The notes: a model not told the origin generated them from the sequence alone. Positions 47,087 to 57,769 are shown, numbered from the stretch's first letter. The stretch is DNA of 64,000 nt from Promethearchaeota archaeon (GCA_048939995.1 JBHLOY010000003.1:1-64000), one strand, 5' to 3'. Translations and numbers: made by a program.

Positions 47087-49945
47087 TTATTTTTTCCAAG
47101 CTTTTATTCCTTTTTTCTTTCTTAGTCTCCATTTACGAAGTTCATCTACGACAAATACACTAAATGCTCCAAGAAATAAAGCAATCCAATAGAAAGGATG
47201 AAAAAGCGGAACGACATGAAATGCTAATCCAATGGGGGTATAGAGAATTAATAATTGTAATCCAAGAGATAGTCCAGTAGCCCAAAATAGATGCTTGTTT
47301 GGAAAGAGGTAGAATGGCTTTATATTTGAGGTACATGAATAGACAAAAATTAATTCACAAATAACAAGATTTGTAAATAAGATTGTTTGAGCTAAGGCAA
47401 CTGCATATTCTTCGGCGCTTAGAACTTGTCCAAAGATTGTAATTCCATCGGTTAATGCAAGATCTACTCCACCATAAGTCCACGCAGGGATCAACCATCC
47501 CCATAATACTAAGTATAATGTGATATCTGTTATTGAAGTATAAATACCAAGAAGGAGTACTGGCCCTTTAATTTCTGGAAGCAAAGTAAAACCCTTACGT
47601 GGCTTTTCTTTCATGACATCTGGATCTGTCGGAGTAAGTCCAAGTACCATAGCGGGAATCCCATCTGTGGCTATATTGAGCCACAGAATCTGTATTGGAA
47701 CGACAGGTATTGCCAAAAATACGAGTGGGAAAACCTTCATTACAATATAAGCTGCTAGAATTAAGAATATTTCATCAAAATTAGTGCTTAACATATAACG
47801 GAAAAATCCTTTTGTAGTTTCAAAAATACCCCGCCCCTCTTCAATGGCATTTACTATAGTAGCATAATTATCATCTATTAGTATCATATCAGAAGCTTCC
47901 TGTGTAACCTCTGTTCCTTTAAGCCCCATAGCTACACCTACATGAGCACCTTTAACCGCCGGTGCATCGTTTACACCATCTCCAGTCATAGAAACTATTA
48001 GACCCAAATCTTTTAATCTTCTTAATATCCTTAATTTATGGGCAGAAGTGACCCTTGCGAAAATATCTACAGTTTTAACTTTCTCTAGTAGTTCTTCATC
48101 GCCCATTTCCTCTAAATCAGTTCCAGTTATGGCTTCCTCTGTATCAGTTAATCCTATTTGTTGAGCAATTGCAATTGCAGTAATTTTATGATCACCAGTA
48201 ATCATAATAGTTCGTATTCCTGCCATTCTAGCTTCTTGTATTGAATCCTTTACTTCATCCCGTGCAGGATCTATAATTCCCACTAAACCAAGATAAATAT
48301 AATCTTGTTCTAAATCCTCTTCCTTATACTCTTCGCTTATTGGTTTATAGGCTACACCCAATACTCTCAAAGCATTCTTAGCAAATTCTTCATTTTTTTC
48401 TAAAATCATCTCTTTGACCTCTGCAATTGGTTTTATTCCTCCGTTATAGACCCCATGGCTAGCATTTTTTAATAAAACGTCTGGAGCACCTTTAATCAAC
48501 GAATAAAGCTTATTATTCATCCGTACTGCCACTGACATCATTTTTCTATCTGAATTAAAGGGTATCTCATCGATTTTCTCAGCATTAGATTCTAGGTTCA
48601 TTTTCATAGCTAAAATTTTCATAGAAATCTCAGTAGGATCTCCAACTACATCTGTATTTTTCGTCCCATCTTTTCTGAGAGAAACATTAGAGTTATTACA
48701 AAACATACAAACTTCTAAGAATCTGCGTAAACTTTCACTCAATTCTACTTTTTTATTTTCATTATCAACTATTTCTCCCTCTAGAGTATAACCAACGCCC
48801 TCTACAGAATAAATTTGACCTCCAACAAAGATTTTTACTACCGTCATTTCATTTTTGGTTAAAGTTCCTGTCTTATCTGAACAGATTACATTTACTCTGC
48901 CTAAAGTTTCTACAGCAGTGAGTTTTCTAACTAATGCATTTCGATCTGCCATCTTTCTCATCCCAATACTCATGACTACGGTAATAACAACTATAAGACC
49001 TTCAGGTACAGCAGATACTGCTAGACTAATTGCGATCTCAAATGCTTCAATAATTTCATTAATTTCAGCTTCTCCAAATGCAAATCCTTCTGTAGCAAGG
49101 ATAATTATTAATTCAGTCACAAACACAGCTAAACAGATGACGATAATTATTATTCCTAAGAGCTTTCCAAATCTGTTGACCTCTTGTTGGAAAGGACTAA
49201 GTTCAATCTCTTCTTCTTGTAAACTTTCAGCAATTTTTCCTATTTCAGTTTGCATTCCAGTTCCAATAACAATACCTTCTCCATTTCCCCTTGTAATTAT
49301 AGTATTCATGTACCCAAGGTTGGTTCTATCAGCAAGAATCATTTTCTTTTCGACAGGATCTATTTGTTTTTTAACTGGTTTTGATTCACCTGTTAATATT
49401 GCCTCATCTACATATAGAGAAAATTCCTTATATATGCGAATATCAGCAGGAAATTTATCTCCTTCTTCTACTAATACAATATCTCCAGGAACTAAATTTT
49501 CAACGTCAATCTCCATAACTCTACCATTTCTTCTTACTTTAGCGATATGTGGCGCTAATTTCTTCAAACTTTCAAGAGCTCTTTCGGCTTGAAATTCTTG
49601 ATAGAACCCAAGTATTGCATTCACAATTAGTATCGCAGCAATTACGATTGCATCAGTATATTCTGATGACCAAGGTTCACCACTTGTAGACGCTTCATAT
49701 ATACCTATAATGACTGAAACGATAATTGCAAAAAATAATAGATAGATTAAGAAATCCTTAAACTGACTGATAAAAATTTGCCAAGCAGTCTTTCCTTTCT
49801 CTTTAATCAGTTCATTTCTACCATAGACTTCAAGTCTTTTCTGAGCTTCAATTTCATTTAAACCCTTTTCGATGGACGTTCGTACTACTTGCTCAGTCTC
49901 TTCAGTACTAATGGCGTGTGGGTTAAAATCCTTTAGTTCAAGCAT
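47087..49945 (-). CDS. P-type ATPase, type IIA (Ca2+-transporting, SERCA/PMR1-like)
   Basis: TGES, VPEGL, DKTGT, KGAPD, MITGD, TGDGVNDAP and QILWLNIATDG. Confidence 0.95.
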   Translation of the reverse strand: MLELKDFNPHAISTEETEQVVRTSIEKGLNEIEAQKRLEVYGRNELIKEKGKTAWQIFISQFKDFLIYLLFFAIIVSVIIGIYEASTSGEPWSSEYTDAIVIAAILIVNAILGFYQEFQAERALESLKKLAPHIAKVRRNGRVMEIDVENLVPGDIVLVEEGDKFPADIRIYKEFSLYVDEAILTGESKPVKKQIDPVEKKMILADRTNLGYMNTIITRGNGEGIVIGTGMQTEIGKIAESLQEEEIELSPFQQEVNRFGKLLGIIIIVICLAVFVTELIIILATEGFAFGEAEINEIIEAFEIAISLAVSAVPEGLIVVITVVMSIGMRKMADRNALVRKLTAVETLGRVNVICSDKTGTLTKNEMTVVKIFVGGQIYSVEGVGYTLEGEIVDNENKKVELSESLRRFLEVCMFCNNSNVSLRKDGTKNTDVVGDPTEISMKILAMKMNLESNAEKIDEIPFNSDRKMMSVAVRMNNKLYSLIKGAPDVLLKNASHGVYNGGIKPIAEVKEMILEKNEEFAKNALRVLGVAYKPISEEYKEEDLEQDYIYLGLVGIIDPARDEVKDSIQEARMAGIRTIMITGDHKITAIAIAQQIGLTDTEEAITGTDLEEMGDEELLEKVKTVDIFARVTSAHKLRILRRLKDLGLIVSMTGDGVNDAPAVKGAHVGVAMGLKGTEVTQEASDMILIDDNYATIVNAIEEGRGIFETTKGFFRYMLSTNFDEIFLILAAYIVMKVFPLVFLAIPVVPIQILWLNIATDGIPAMVLGLTPTDPDVMKEKPRKGFTLLPEIKGPVLLLGIYTSITDITLYLVLWGWLIPAWTYGGVDLALTDGITIFGQVLSAEEYAVALAQTILFTNLVICELIFVYSCTSNIKPFYLFPNKHLFWATGLSLGLQLLILYTPIGLAFHVVPLFHPFYWIALFLGAFSVFVVDELRKWRLRKKKGIKAWKK

Positions 49946-50114
49946 TTTAAAATCATTTTTTATATTTTTTAGAAAGTAATATTAGATTATAAAATAAATA
50001 TTCTCAAAAAACTTTAGTTTTTCATTTATAACTTATAAAATTGAATACCTAAAAAAGTATTCTGTGGGATTGATGATGGATAATTCTATAACGAATATAT
50101 TCAAATTTGAATGC

Positions 50115-50741
50115 TTAGTTTTTAATTTTTTGTACTAACTCAGATATTCTTTTTCCTAAATCTTTCGCAATTACACCAGCCAGCTCATCAGTTTCACCTT
50201 TAGCTAAGAATTCTTTTAAATTATATTTTTGTAAGCTTGAGATAGGGATATTTCCCTCAATTACGGGAGAACCTAAAGTGTTACCCACTACAATCATACC
50301 CTGGATAAGAGCAAAGTTAATTAAATCTGAAATTACCCCTTCTCCTCCATTCCTTAGACCAGTAGACGCTAACGGTGCAAATATTACATCCTTTAAAAGA
50401 TAATTCTTCATTTTCCATGGTCGTGATCTATCAATTAACACTTTTATTTGAGAACTAACTGAACCAAAATAATTTGGTGCTGCGATTAACAGGGCTACTG
50501 ATCCTAAAATTTTTTCTTCTAGCTTTATCATATCATCTTTTTCTGAAAGTGGACAGTCATTAGGTGGTCTTAAACATTGATCGCATCCATTGCAAGGGGT
50601 TATTTCATAATCCGATATTTGAATTTTTTCAATTTGAAAATTATAAGGGGTTGAATTAATACCATCTATAGCTTGGTCAATTAAAAAATTACAACTTTTA
50701 TTTTTACGTGGTGATCCTACTATAAGGCAAAGTTTATCCAT
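50115..50741 (-). CDS. Iron-sulfur flavoprotein / multimeric flavodoxin WrbA family
   Basis: GSPRK, CNGCDQC...C, PNYFG and IDR. Confidence 0.88.
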   Translation of the reverse strand: MDKLCLIVGSPRKNKSCNFLIDQAIDGINSTPYNFQIEKIQISDYEITPCNGCDQCLRPPNDCPLSEKDDMIKLEEKILGSVALLIAAPNYFGSVSSQIKVLIDRSRPWKMKNYLLKDVIFAPLASTGLRNGGEGVISDLINFALIQGMIVVGNTLGSPVIEGNIPISSLQKYNLKEFLAKGETDELAGVIAKDLGKRISELVQKIKN

Positions 50742-50889
50742 TTTTGCTCTCCTCTTTTAGTATCTTTAGAATTATGTGAGTGTAAAATGAGAATTAAAAT
50801 ATATATTTAATGTGGAATATCACATTTAAATTTGTAATTGCCTTAATTAAATTTAATAAGAATATATAACATCTTTCTTGTAAAGATAC

Positions 50890-51624
50890 ATGAGCTTTAA
50901 AGATAAGCTTAAAGAATTTAAACATAAAAATGATTTAACAGAAGAACTACAAGAATATAAATCAATGATTTCAAAGAAGACTGAACATAGCGAGTTTAAA
51001 TATGCTTTAAATAAGGTTGAATCTGCTATAACTTTAATCAAAGAAAATCAACAAATTATCAATCTGGATGCAGAACTTTCGGAATTTTACAATCTGCGAG
51101 AAAATATTATAATTGAAATAGAAAAACATCAAAAATTTTATCAAAGGCGTTATCAAAATTTATTAAAAGAAACCCTGACAGAGTATAATCTGGAGAATTT
51201 TTTAAAATTATTAGCAATGTTAAAAGATGAAGTTGATGAAAATATAAATAACTACAATCTATATGAATTATCTGATAAAATTGACCGATGTTTCGTATTT
51301 TTAAAGAGGTTGTATACTATTATTAGTTCTTATAAGATTTTGAATTATAGAGGTGCTTCAAGTAAGATATTGGAATTTGTTAGATTGATTAAAAACGAAA
51401 ATTATCCCAATATTAAGGCATTAATTTTTCTTATTTATCAAAATTTACTTAATCAGCAAATCTATACTTTTGCAAAAAAATATCCAAAAATATCCATCAC
51501 AGAATTATCTGAAAGATTAGCAATTAACCAAGAAAGTCTAACTGACGTCTTAGATATAATAATGAAAAATCCTGATTGTCCAATTAAAAAGTATAATACT
51601 TATACTCAGGAAGTTATTTTCTGA
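50890..51624 (+). CDS. Helical protein with a C-terminal PCI-like winged helix
   Basis: C-terminus YPKISITELSERLAI...IKKYNTYTQEVIF resembles a PCI winged helix; the rest is helical. Confidence 0.55.
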   Translation: MSFKDKLKEFKHKNDLTEELQEYKSMISKKTEHSEFKYALNKVESAITLIKENQQIINLDAELSEFYNLRENIIIEIEKHQKFYQRRYQNLLKETLTEYNLENFLKLLAMLKDEVDENINNYNLYELSDKIDRCFVFLKRLYTIISSYKILNYRGASSKILEFVRLIKNENYPNIKALIFLIYQNLLNQQIYTFAKKYPKISITELSERLAINQESLTDVLDIIMKNPDCPIKKYNTYTQEVIF

Positions 51625-51625
51625 T

Positions 51626-52540
51626 TTATAAACCGCGATAAAATTCAGGTCTAAGTATTTTGGGATGAGTTAACCCATAATTTATTGTATTTAAGATATT
51701 TTCTTTCTCTCTCTCTAAGATGCCCTTTATTGGCAAGAAATTACTTGCGTGGTTACTCCTAAACACACAATTTGCATTTTTATTCTGAAATTTGATGTTT
51801 TTTATGAATAATTTTAATTCTTCGAGGATCTCAGTAGAATTCATTTCTTTAAATTGGCCTTTACTTTTCTTGTCGTATATAACAGTTCCGGGAGGAATCA
51901 TAAGGGTTAGGAATGCTATATACCATATCCTATCATCTGATGGGCAGATTCTGTTTACCAAATCAGCAGAATCAACTGCATGTCCCTTTGAAATCCTAGG
52001 ATTGCCTGAACCTCCAAGTCCATTAATAAATGTTGCGGATAATGTAATATTCGCATCCATTAGTTTTTGTGATGCTTTAATATAATCTTCTTTGGTTGCA
52101 TGCTTATTAATCTCCTCTAATAAGAGATCATATCCTGATTCAAAACCTACATAAGCAATTTTTAAACCCGCATCAGATAATAACTTTAGTTGAGCATTAG
52201 ACTTTTTTAGAATATCTTGCGCATGAGCATATACTCCTATTCTTTCTAAATTTGGAAAAGCTTCCATTGCATATCTAGTAAGCTCTAATAGTTTCTCTGT
52301 TGGCGTAACCATTGCATTTCCATCTAAATAAAAAATTTTACGAATGAAAGATCCATATTGTTTCTTTGCAATATCCAAGTCTTTCTTGACATCTTCCACT
52401 TTTCTAACTTTAAAATCTTTCCGCAAATTTGAGACACAGAAATCACAGCGATATGTGCATCCCTCTGTTAGTTGAATTAATAAGGAATTAGCTTCACTAG
52501 GTGGCCGAAAAACAGGTTGACAGTAATATATCTTTTCCAT
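51626..52540 (-). CDS. Radical SAM protein
   Basis: RPPSEA.S, CTYRCDFC, YVGFESG and FRSNHASN. Confidence 0.9.
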   Translation of the reverse strand: MEKIYYCQPVFRPPSEANSLLIQLTEGCTYRCDFCVSNLRKDFKVRKVEDVKKDLDIAKKQYGSFIRKIFYLDGNAMVTPTEKLLELTRYAMEAFPNLERIGVYAHAQDILKKSNAQLKLLSDAGLKIAYVGFESGYDLLLEEINKHATKEDYIKASQKLMDANITLSATFINGLGGSGNPRISKGHAVDSADLVNRICPSDDRIWYIAFLTLMIPPGTVIYDKKSKGQFKEMNSTEILEELKLFIKNIKFQNKNANCVFRSNHASNFLPIKGILEREKENILNTINYGLTHPKILRPEFYRGL

Positions 52541-52552
52541 ATTATCTCTAAT

Positions 52553-53245
52553 TTAGTCTTTATCTTCCTCATCACCCTCTTGTGGTCTCTTAGAGCATGA
52601 AGTAAGATGTCTTCCTAATCTTACAAACTCCTTACCACAATAAGGACATACTTTTTTATCCTTTCCCTCTTCGTCCTCAATTTTTGATTCTTTAGTTTTC
52701 ACTCTTTTTTTCTTTTTTTTACGAGGTAACACATCTTCGATACTAACGTCTTCGGGAGCAAATTCACAAGATGGAATATGTGCTCTTAAATCATCAAAAA
52801 TCTCTCCACAGAAGGGACATTCCAAATCCCCAAATTCTTGAGAAACACTTACTTCATCTTTTCCAACTTTTCTCTTTTCAAATTTTACGGGCTCCTCCTC
52901 TTCCTCTTCTTCAAATTCATCAATAGATAAATCAATTTCATCCTCTCCGGTTAATTCTTTGTATTCAAAATCTTCTAATTCTATTTTTTTCTCTAGAATC
53001 TTTTTTTCTGCACTCTTTCTACTTTCTTCATAAATTTCTTGTATCTTTCTATTAGACTTAGCGGGTTCATAAATTGTGCATACTTGACATATATATGCTC
53101 TTCTACCGAGGACTAAATCTCTTGTAGGACAAAAACATAAAGGTTGAAGGCTATTAGAGATATTACCTATTGATTCTAAGTGTTTACAAACAATTTTTCG
53201 AGAATATTTTATTTTTTGCTTTCGACGTGGTATAATAATCACCAA
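52553..53245 (-). CDS. Acidic/basic protein with a Cys-rich N-terminus and two C2HC zinc fingers
   Basis: CPFC-x9-H-x3-C and CPYC-x9-H-x3-C, plus poly-E and poly-K tracts. Confidence 0.7.
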   Translation of the reverse strand: MVIIIPRRKQKIKYSRKIVCKHLESIGNISNSLQPLCFCPTRDLVLGRRAYICQVCTIYEPAKSNRKIQEIYEESRKSAEKKILEKKIELEDFEYKELTGEDEIDLSIDEFEEEEEEEPVKFEKRKVGKDEVSVSQEFGDLECPFCGEIFDDLRAHIPSCEFAPEDVSIEDVLPRKKKKKRVKTKESKIEDEEGKDKKVCPYCGKEFVRLGRHLTSCSKRPQEGDEEDKD

Positions 53246-53322
53246 AAGAAGTAATTAAAATAATTAAGCTTAAAATTTATTTTTTTTCTTTTAAAAAAGG
53301 CGAAATTATCTTAAAGATATAA

Positions 53323-54849
53323 TTAAAAGTTATAATTTATGGATTTAAGGTCATTTATTACTTTCTCTCTTATCTTACTATGTTCTACATATGGTAAAAG
53401 CTCATCAACTAAATCTCTCAATTCAATTATCTTCTCAGTGAGTAATTCAGGTTTACTCCAGAGAGATTTTCTTAAAGGATGGCTTTGAATTAATGCTTTA
53501 TTAAAATTTTCTATAGCCTCTTTATAGAAAAGACAAGAACTATCATAATTTTTAAGTCTTGTTTGATATATTGTAGCAATCTTATTATAACTCATACCTG
53601 CTCCTGCATAATCTTTCTCCTTTTCAAAATAGATAGCAGAATTTTCAATTTTTTTTAGAGCATCTTTTAGAATCTCCCGATCACCAGTTTTTAAGGAGAG
53701 ATATCCTATTATGTAGCTTGCAACGCCTAAATAAAACCTATTATCATGCTTTTCCGAAAAATCATATAATTCCTCTGCAAAATCTCTCGCTAAAACTAAA
53801 TGGTTGTTTGAAATACATAATTTCGTGACATTTCTTAATAAATCTAAAACGCGATCAATATCACTCAATTTCTTATATTCCACAATACCTTGGCGATACT
53901 TTTCAACTCCAGTAAATGTATCTTTATGCTGGAAAGCCTTATTACCTTCATATATCAAAAGTTCAGCTTGCTCTTTAGATTCACTCGAATAAGAATTACC
54001 TTCTTGATGTGAGGTATCATAAAATAGGTTCTTAAAACCAAAGGATAAATCTTCTTCAATTGGGATCTCAACTAAGTCCTTAGGTTCTGTTTTAATGTCA
54101 ATTTCAGACATATAATTTTGGTCATCTAAATCTTGAGTATCTTTGTAGTCTGACCTTAATTTAAACTCCTCTCTATAAGCTGATTGTAAAGGTTTACCAG
54201 AAGAAACTAAAGCAGATAGCTCTGATAAAACATTTGCAAAGAAATACTTATTTAAGCCTTTGACCATATAGTCAACCTTTTGATAATTATTTTCAAATTC
54301 TGGAACATTTGGGTCCATATTCACATCTGTCAATCTATATATTTCAAATCCAGTATCGTATTTAGTAAGAATGTTATCACCAATAGTTTCTTCTTTTTTT
54401 TTTCCTAACAAAGTATGATCAAAGACTAGTCCAATTGCATCATTGTATTTTGCTTGAAATCCTAATTGGTTTATAAGATCTACGTAGGAAAAAAATAAGG
54501 ATAATCCTGGATGAGAATGGAACCAACCTACAATAAATTGTCCCTCTCCTTCCATATCTAGTTGCTGCTGTATCTCATCAATGAATATATAATGTCGTTC
54601 ATCTAGGCTTACATCAGTATCATGTCCAAAAGTGAGAGCATGAGCTTTTTCTACGTAAACAAAATCATTATCAGAATAACCTGTTAAAATCCCATAAATT
54701 TCTTTCCAATCTTTAGGTGGGATTGCTTGATTTGCATACCTGCTAGCGTATAATATTATTGTTTTATAGGCTTCTGCTTTAATAATTACAGGTTTACTAA
54801 TTATTTCTTCTAACCCTTCTTTATTTTCCCTTTCAAACTCTTCTGACAT
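53323..54849 (-). CDS. JAMM/MPN+ metalloprotease (Rpn11/CSN5-like) with a C-terminal TPR/SNAP-like helical domain
   Basis: EIYGIL...GWFHSHPGLSLFFSYVD, an intact E...HxH-x7-S-x2-D motif. Confidence 0.85.
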   Translation of the reverse strand: MSEEFERENKEGLEEIISKPVIIKAEAYKTIILYASRYANQAIPPKDWKEIYGILTGYSDNDFVYVEKAHALTFGHDTDVSLDERHYIFIDEIQQQLDMEGEGQFIVGWFHSHPGLSLFFSYVDLINQLGFQAKYNDAIGLVFDHTLLGKKKEETIGDNILTKYDTGFEIYRLTDVNMDPNVPEFENNYQKVDYMVKGLNKYFFANVLSELSALVSSGKPLQSAYREEFKLRSDYKDTQDLDDQNYMSEIDIKTEPKDLVEIPIEEDLSFGFKNLFYDTSHQEGNSYSSESKEQAELLIYEGNKAFQHKDTFTGVEKYRQGIVEYKKLSDIDRVLDLLRNVTKLCISNNHLVLARDFAEELYDFSEKHDNRFYLGVASYIIGYLSLKTGDREILKDALKKIENSAIYFEKEKDYAGAGMSYNKIATIYQTRLKNYDSSCLFYKEAIENFNKALIQSHPLRKSLWSKPELLTEKIIELRDLVDELLPYVEHSKIREKVINDLKSINYNF

Positions 54850-54942
54850 TTTAAAATTATAAATCCTTAATTAAAGCAGATAAAAATTTCTTTAAATATT
54901 AAATAAATTATATGCTAATAAATTCAATTCTTTTTTATTATA

Positions 54943-55461
54943 TTAGAATTCATTATGTTTGGCCTTTTCTGCCAGATCAAGTACTTTTTTTGCAAACTCT
55001 AAGTTAGGTATTATCTCTAATGCCTTTCTCAAGGCTTCTATCGCATTTTCATATAGCTTTTTATTATAATACGCTGAACCTAAATTAGTCCAAGTACACT
55101 CATCCTTAGGATTCAGTTTTACAGCAATTTTACATGCATTAATTGCTTCATCAAAATTTTCCATATCAATATAAATAGAGCTGAGTTCTGACCATGAGAC
55201 TGCTAAAAGGGGATTTAGCTCTATAGCTCGCTTTAAAGCAACTATAGCGTTTTCATAATCTTCAAGGTCATAATAGAGATATCCTAAATTATGCCAATTA
55301 ATTGCTTCATTCGGATCGAGTTCTAAACATTTATTATATGCTTCAATAGCTTTATTGATATTATTAACTTGAATATATAAAAAACCGAGTTGCATCCAAA
55401 GATTTGAATCCAAAGGATTAATTTCTATTTTTCTTTTTAAATCTTCGATTTTATCTAGCAT
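54943..55461 (-). CDS. TPR-repeat protein
   Basis: Four 34-aa repeats W..LG..Y.......A.......L...P. Confidence 0.92.
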   Translation of the reverse strand: MLDKIEDLKRKIEINPLDSNLWMQLGFLYIQVNNINKAIEAYNKCLELDPNEAINWHNLGYLYYDLEDYENAIVALKRAIELNPLLAVSWSELSSIYIDMENFDEAINACKIAVKLNPKDECTWTNLGSAYYNKKLYENAIEALRKALEIIPNLEFAKKVLDLAEKAKHNEF

Positions 55462-55471
55462 TCTTTCTTTC

Positions 55472-56029
55472 CTAGTTTTCCGAAATTGATTTTATGAAAC
55501 GATTTTTAATTTCTTTTGGAAGCAACGGAATATTATGCACTTTAGCATTTCCTGGTTCAGCTTTAATCAAAATAAAATGGCATCCTTCACCCAAACTGGT
55601 TAGAATTTCTTTAATATCCTCAATTTTTATAATTTTAGTTATGGATTTAAAACCAGCCCCTTCTGCAATGATCTCCAATCTAGTTTCCTTACCAGTATAG
55701 GTCATTTGATCACCTGTAGAACCATAAGATGCATTATCAATTACAATTAAAGTTAAATTGGTTGGATTTGCATTTGCAATTGTACTTAAACTGCCAAGAT
55801 TCATTAGCAATGAACCATCTCCTTCTATGCACCAGATCTTTTTCGCTGGTTGAGAAAGTGCTAATCCAAGAGCGATAGAAGATGCTAAACCCATTGAACC
55901 CATCATATAGAAATTTTTGTTTCGATCTTTAAGATGATATAACTCTTTAGAGGGAATACCTATATTACATATCACATATTCCTCTTTCAATAAATTAACA
56001 ATAACTTTTAATACATCGAACCTTCTCAT
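55472..56029 (-). CDS. comE: Sulfopyruvate decarboxylase beta subunit (ThDP-binding)
   Basis: NIGIPSKEL, FYMMGSMGLASSIALG and GDGS...N..YGSTGDQ. Confidence 0.85.
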   Translation of the reverse strand: MRRFDVLKVIVNLLKEEYVICNIGIPSKELYHLKDRNKNFYMMGSMGLASSIALGLALSQPAKKIWCIEGDGSLLMNLGSLSTIANANPTNLTLIVIDNASYGSTGDQMTYTGKETRLEIIAEGAGFKSITKIIKIEDIKEILTSLGEGCHFILIKAEPGNAKVHNIPLLPKEIKNRFIKSISEN

Positions 56030-56526
56030 CTAGAATCTCTCCATAAAGATTTTTGTAGAAGAACACCTACAGAATGGCTACTTTTTTTACAATATACAAT
56101 TGCTTTTTTAAATTTAGAAATCTCCTTATAAGATTTTATGGACCAAGTTTTTATCCCTATTAACTTCAGCAATTTTTCAGTAATATATCCCATTGGCATC
56201 TGTGCTATGATTTCTTCATCTTTTCCTCCTCTCTGACTGATTAAAAAAATTATAGGAATTTCATAAAGTCCTAACAAAGATTTAATAGCATTAACTGAAT
56301 TTCCTATTCCTGAATTCTGTATTAATATTATAGGGAATCCTCCACCTAAATAAGCACCAGCCGCTATCCCAATTCCTTCTTCTTCACGTGTTAAAGGAAT
56401 ATGTAAAATCTCATTCTTTTCATTAATTAAATTTAAGAGATCTTTCAATAAAATACAAGGTACTGAAAGGATTATATCAATTCCTGAATGCTTTATAATT
56501 TCATATAGTTTTTTATCTACTTTCAT
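56026..56526 (-). CDS. comD: Sulfopyruvate decarboxylase alpha subunit
   Basis: VPC, TREEEGIGIAAGAYL, QNSGIGN and AQMPMG; overlaps comE by 4 nt (ATGA). Confidence 0.85.
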   Translation of the reverse strand: MKVDKKLYEIIKHSGIDIILSVPCILLKDLLNLINEKNEILHIPLTREEEGIGIAAGAYLGGGFPIILIQNSGIGNSVNAIKSLLGLYEIPIIFLISQRGGKDEEIIAQMPMGYITEKLLKLIGIKTWSIKSYKEISKFKKAIVYCKKSSHSVGVLLQKSLWRDSR

Positions 56527-56551
56527 AAGATTAACTTTATTTAAAAATTTG

Positions 56552-57769
56552 TTAAATTATACCCTCTCTTTTGAAAGATTTAATATCATCAGCAGTATAG
56601 TCTAAACTTTTTAATATTTCCACGGTATCTTGCCCTATTTTTGGAGCTAAGCTTCTTATTACCAAAGGAGTACGCGAATATTTGATCGGGGAGGCAATAT
56701 TTTGAATTTTTCCAAATTTTGGATGATCAAGTTCGACTATCATTTTCCTTTCTTCTATTTGGGGATCAATACAGGCTTCACTAAAAGTTTTGACTGGCAT
56801 AACACAAGTATCTCTCTTAATAAAAATCTCCATCCACTCCGCTTGTGTTTTCTTTAAAAACTCCTTTTTAATTTCTTCAAAAGCTTCTTCTCTTTCGGCA
56901 TCCAGAGCATTCCCTTTATGAATTAAATCATCTCTACCAATAGCTTTACAAATTTCACGCCAAAATTTAATTTCAATAGCACCAATAGATAAATAACGAT
57001 CATCTTTAGTTTTAAAAACTGAATAGAACGGAAAATCCCCATGTAATGGGTTTTTCGGTTGAATATTACTATCATTTAAATATTTTGAAAATTCAAAAGC
57101 TGCTGCCATTGGCATAAAAGAAAAGACGCAATCAGTCATTGAAACATCAATATATTGTCCTTTTTTACCTAAATTTTTTTCCCTTTCGATCACAGCCCCT
57201 AAAATACTAATTACTGACACTAATCCACCTCCTATATCCGCAGCTTGTATTCCTGGCACTATAGGTCTCCTTTCCTGATCTTCTTTACCAAAGAGCTCAC
57301 GCTCCTTATTTAAATCTAAAATTCCACATAAACCAATATAATTTAGATCATGACCCGCGACTTGCTCATAGGGACCATATTGACCGTACCCAGTTAATGA
57401 ACAATAGATAATAGATGGGTTTATCTCAGATACAGTCTTATAATCAATCTTTAATTTTTTAGTTACTTTTGGACGGAAAGTTTCTAAAATGATATCTGCC
57501 TTGTGAACTAATTTATAAAAAATATTTATTGCACCTTCCTTTTTCAGATTAAGGGAAATTGACCTTTTATTCCTCATTAAAATTGAATTAAAAGCGCTTT
57601 CCCTATACCGACCTTTCTGAAAAAAGGGAGGAGGACTTCCATATGGAAATCTAGGGTCATTGATATGAATTACTTCAGCACCCAGATCTGCTAATATCAT
57701 GGAGCAGTAAGGTCCAGGAAGCAAGCGACTTAAATCTAATACTACAATGTTGTCTAAAGGCAAAACCAT
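56552..57769 (-). CDS. CoA-transferase family III (CaiB/BaiF, AMACR-like)
   Basis: DLSRLLPGPYC, LADLGAEVI, RNKRS, FRP, GHDLNY and AD..GG. Confidence 0.93.
   Translation of the reverse strand: MVLPLDNIVVLDLSRLLPGPYCSMILADLGAEVIHINDPRFPYGSPPPFFQKGRYRESAFNSILMRNKRSISLNLKKEGAINIFYKLVHKADIILETFRPKVTKKLKIDYKTVSEINPSIIYCSLTGYGQYGPYEQVAGHDLNYIGLCGILDLNKERELFGKEDQERRPIVPGIQAADIGGGLVSVISILGAVIEREKNLGKKGQYIDVSMTDCVFSFMPMAAAFEFSKYLNDSNIQPKNPLHGDFPFYSVFKTKDDRYLSIGAIEIKFWREICKAIGRDDLIHKGNALDAEREEAFEEIKKEFLKKTQAEWMEIFIKRDTCVMPVKTFSEACIDPQIEERKMIVELDHPKFGKIQNIASPIKYSRTPLVIRSLAPKIGQDTVEILKSLDYTADDIKSFKREGII

Noticed and set aside
48855-49592. 245-aa ORF antisense to the P-type ATPase, and similar shadows at 30535, 35580, 39148 and 60721
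   Set aside because: They lie wholly or almost wholly opposite well-conserved genes and have no recognisable motifs.
50099-50112. 14-bp perfect palindrome ATTCAAATTTGAAT, with a nearby TGATGA (C-box-like)
   Set aside because: AT-rich single copy that is plausible by chance, and there is no matching CTGA D box downstream.
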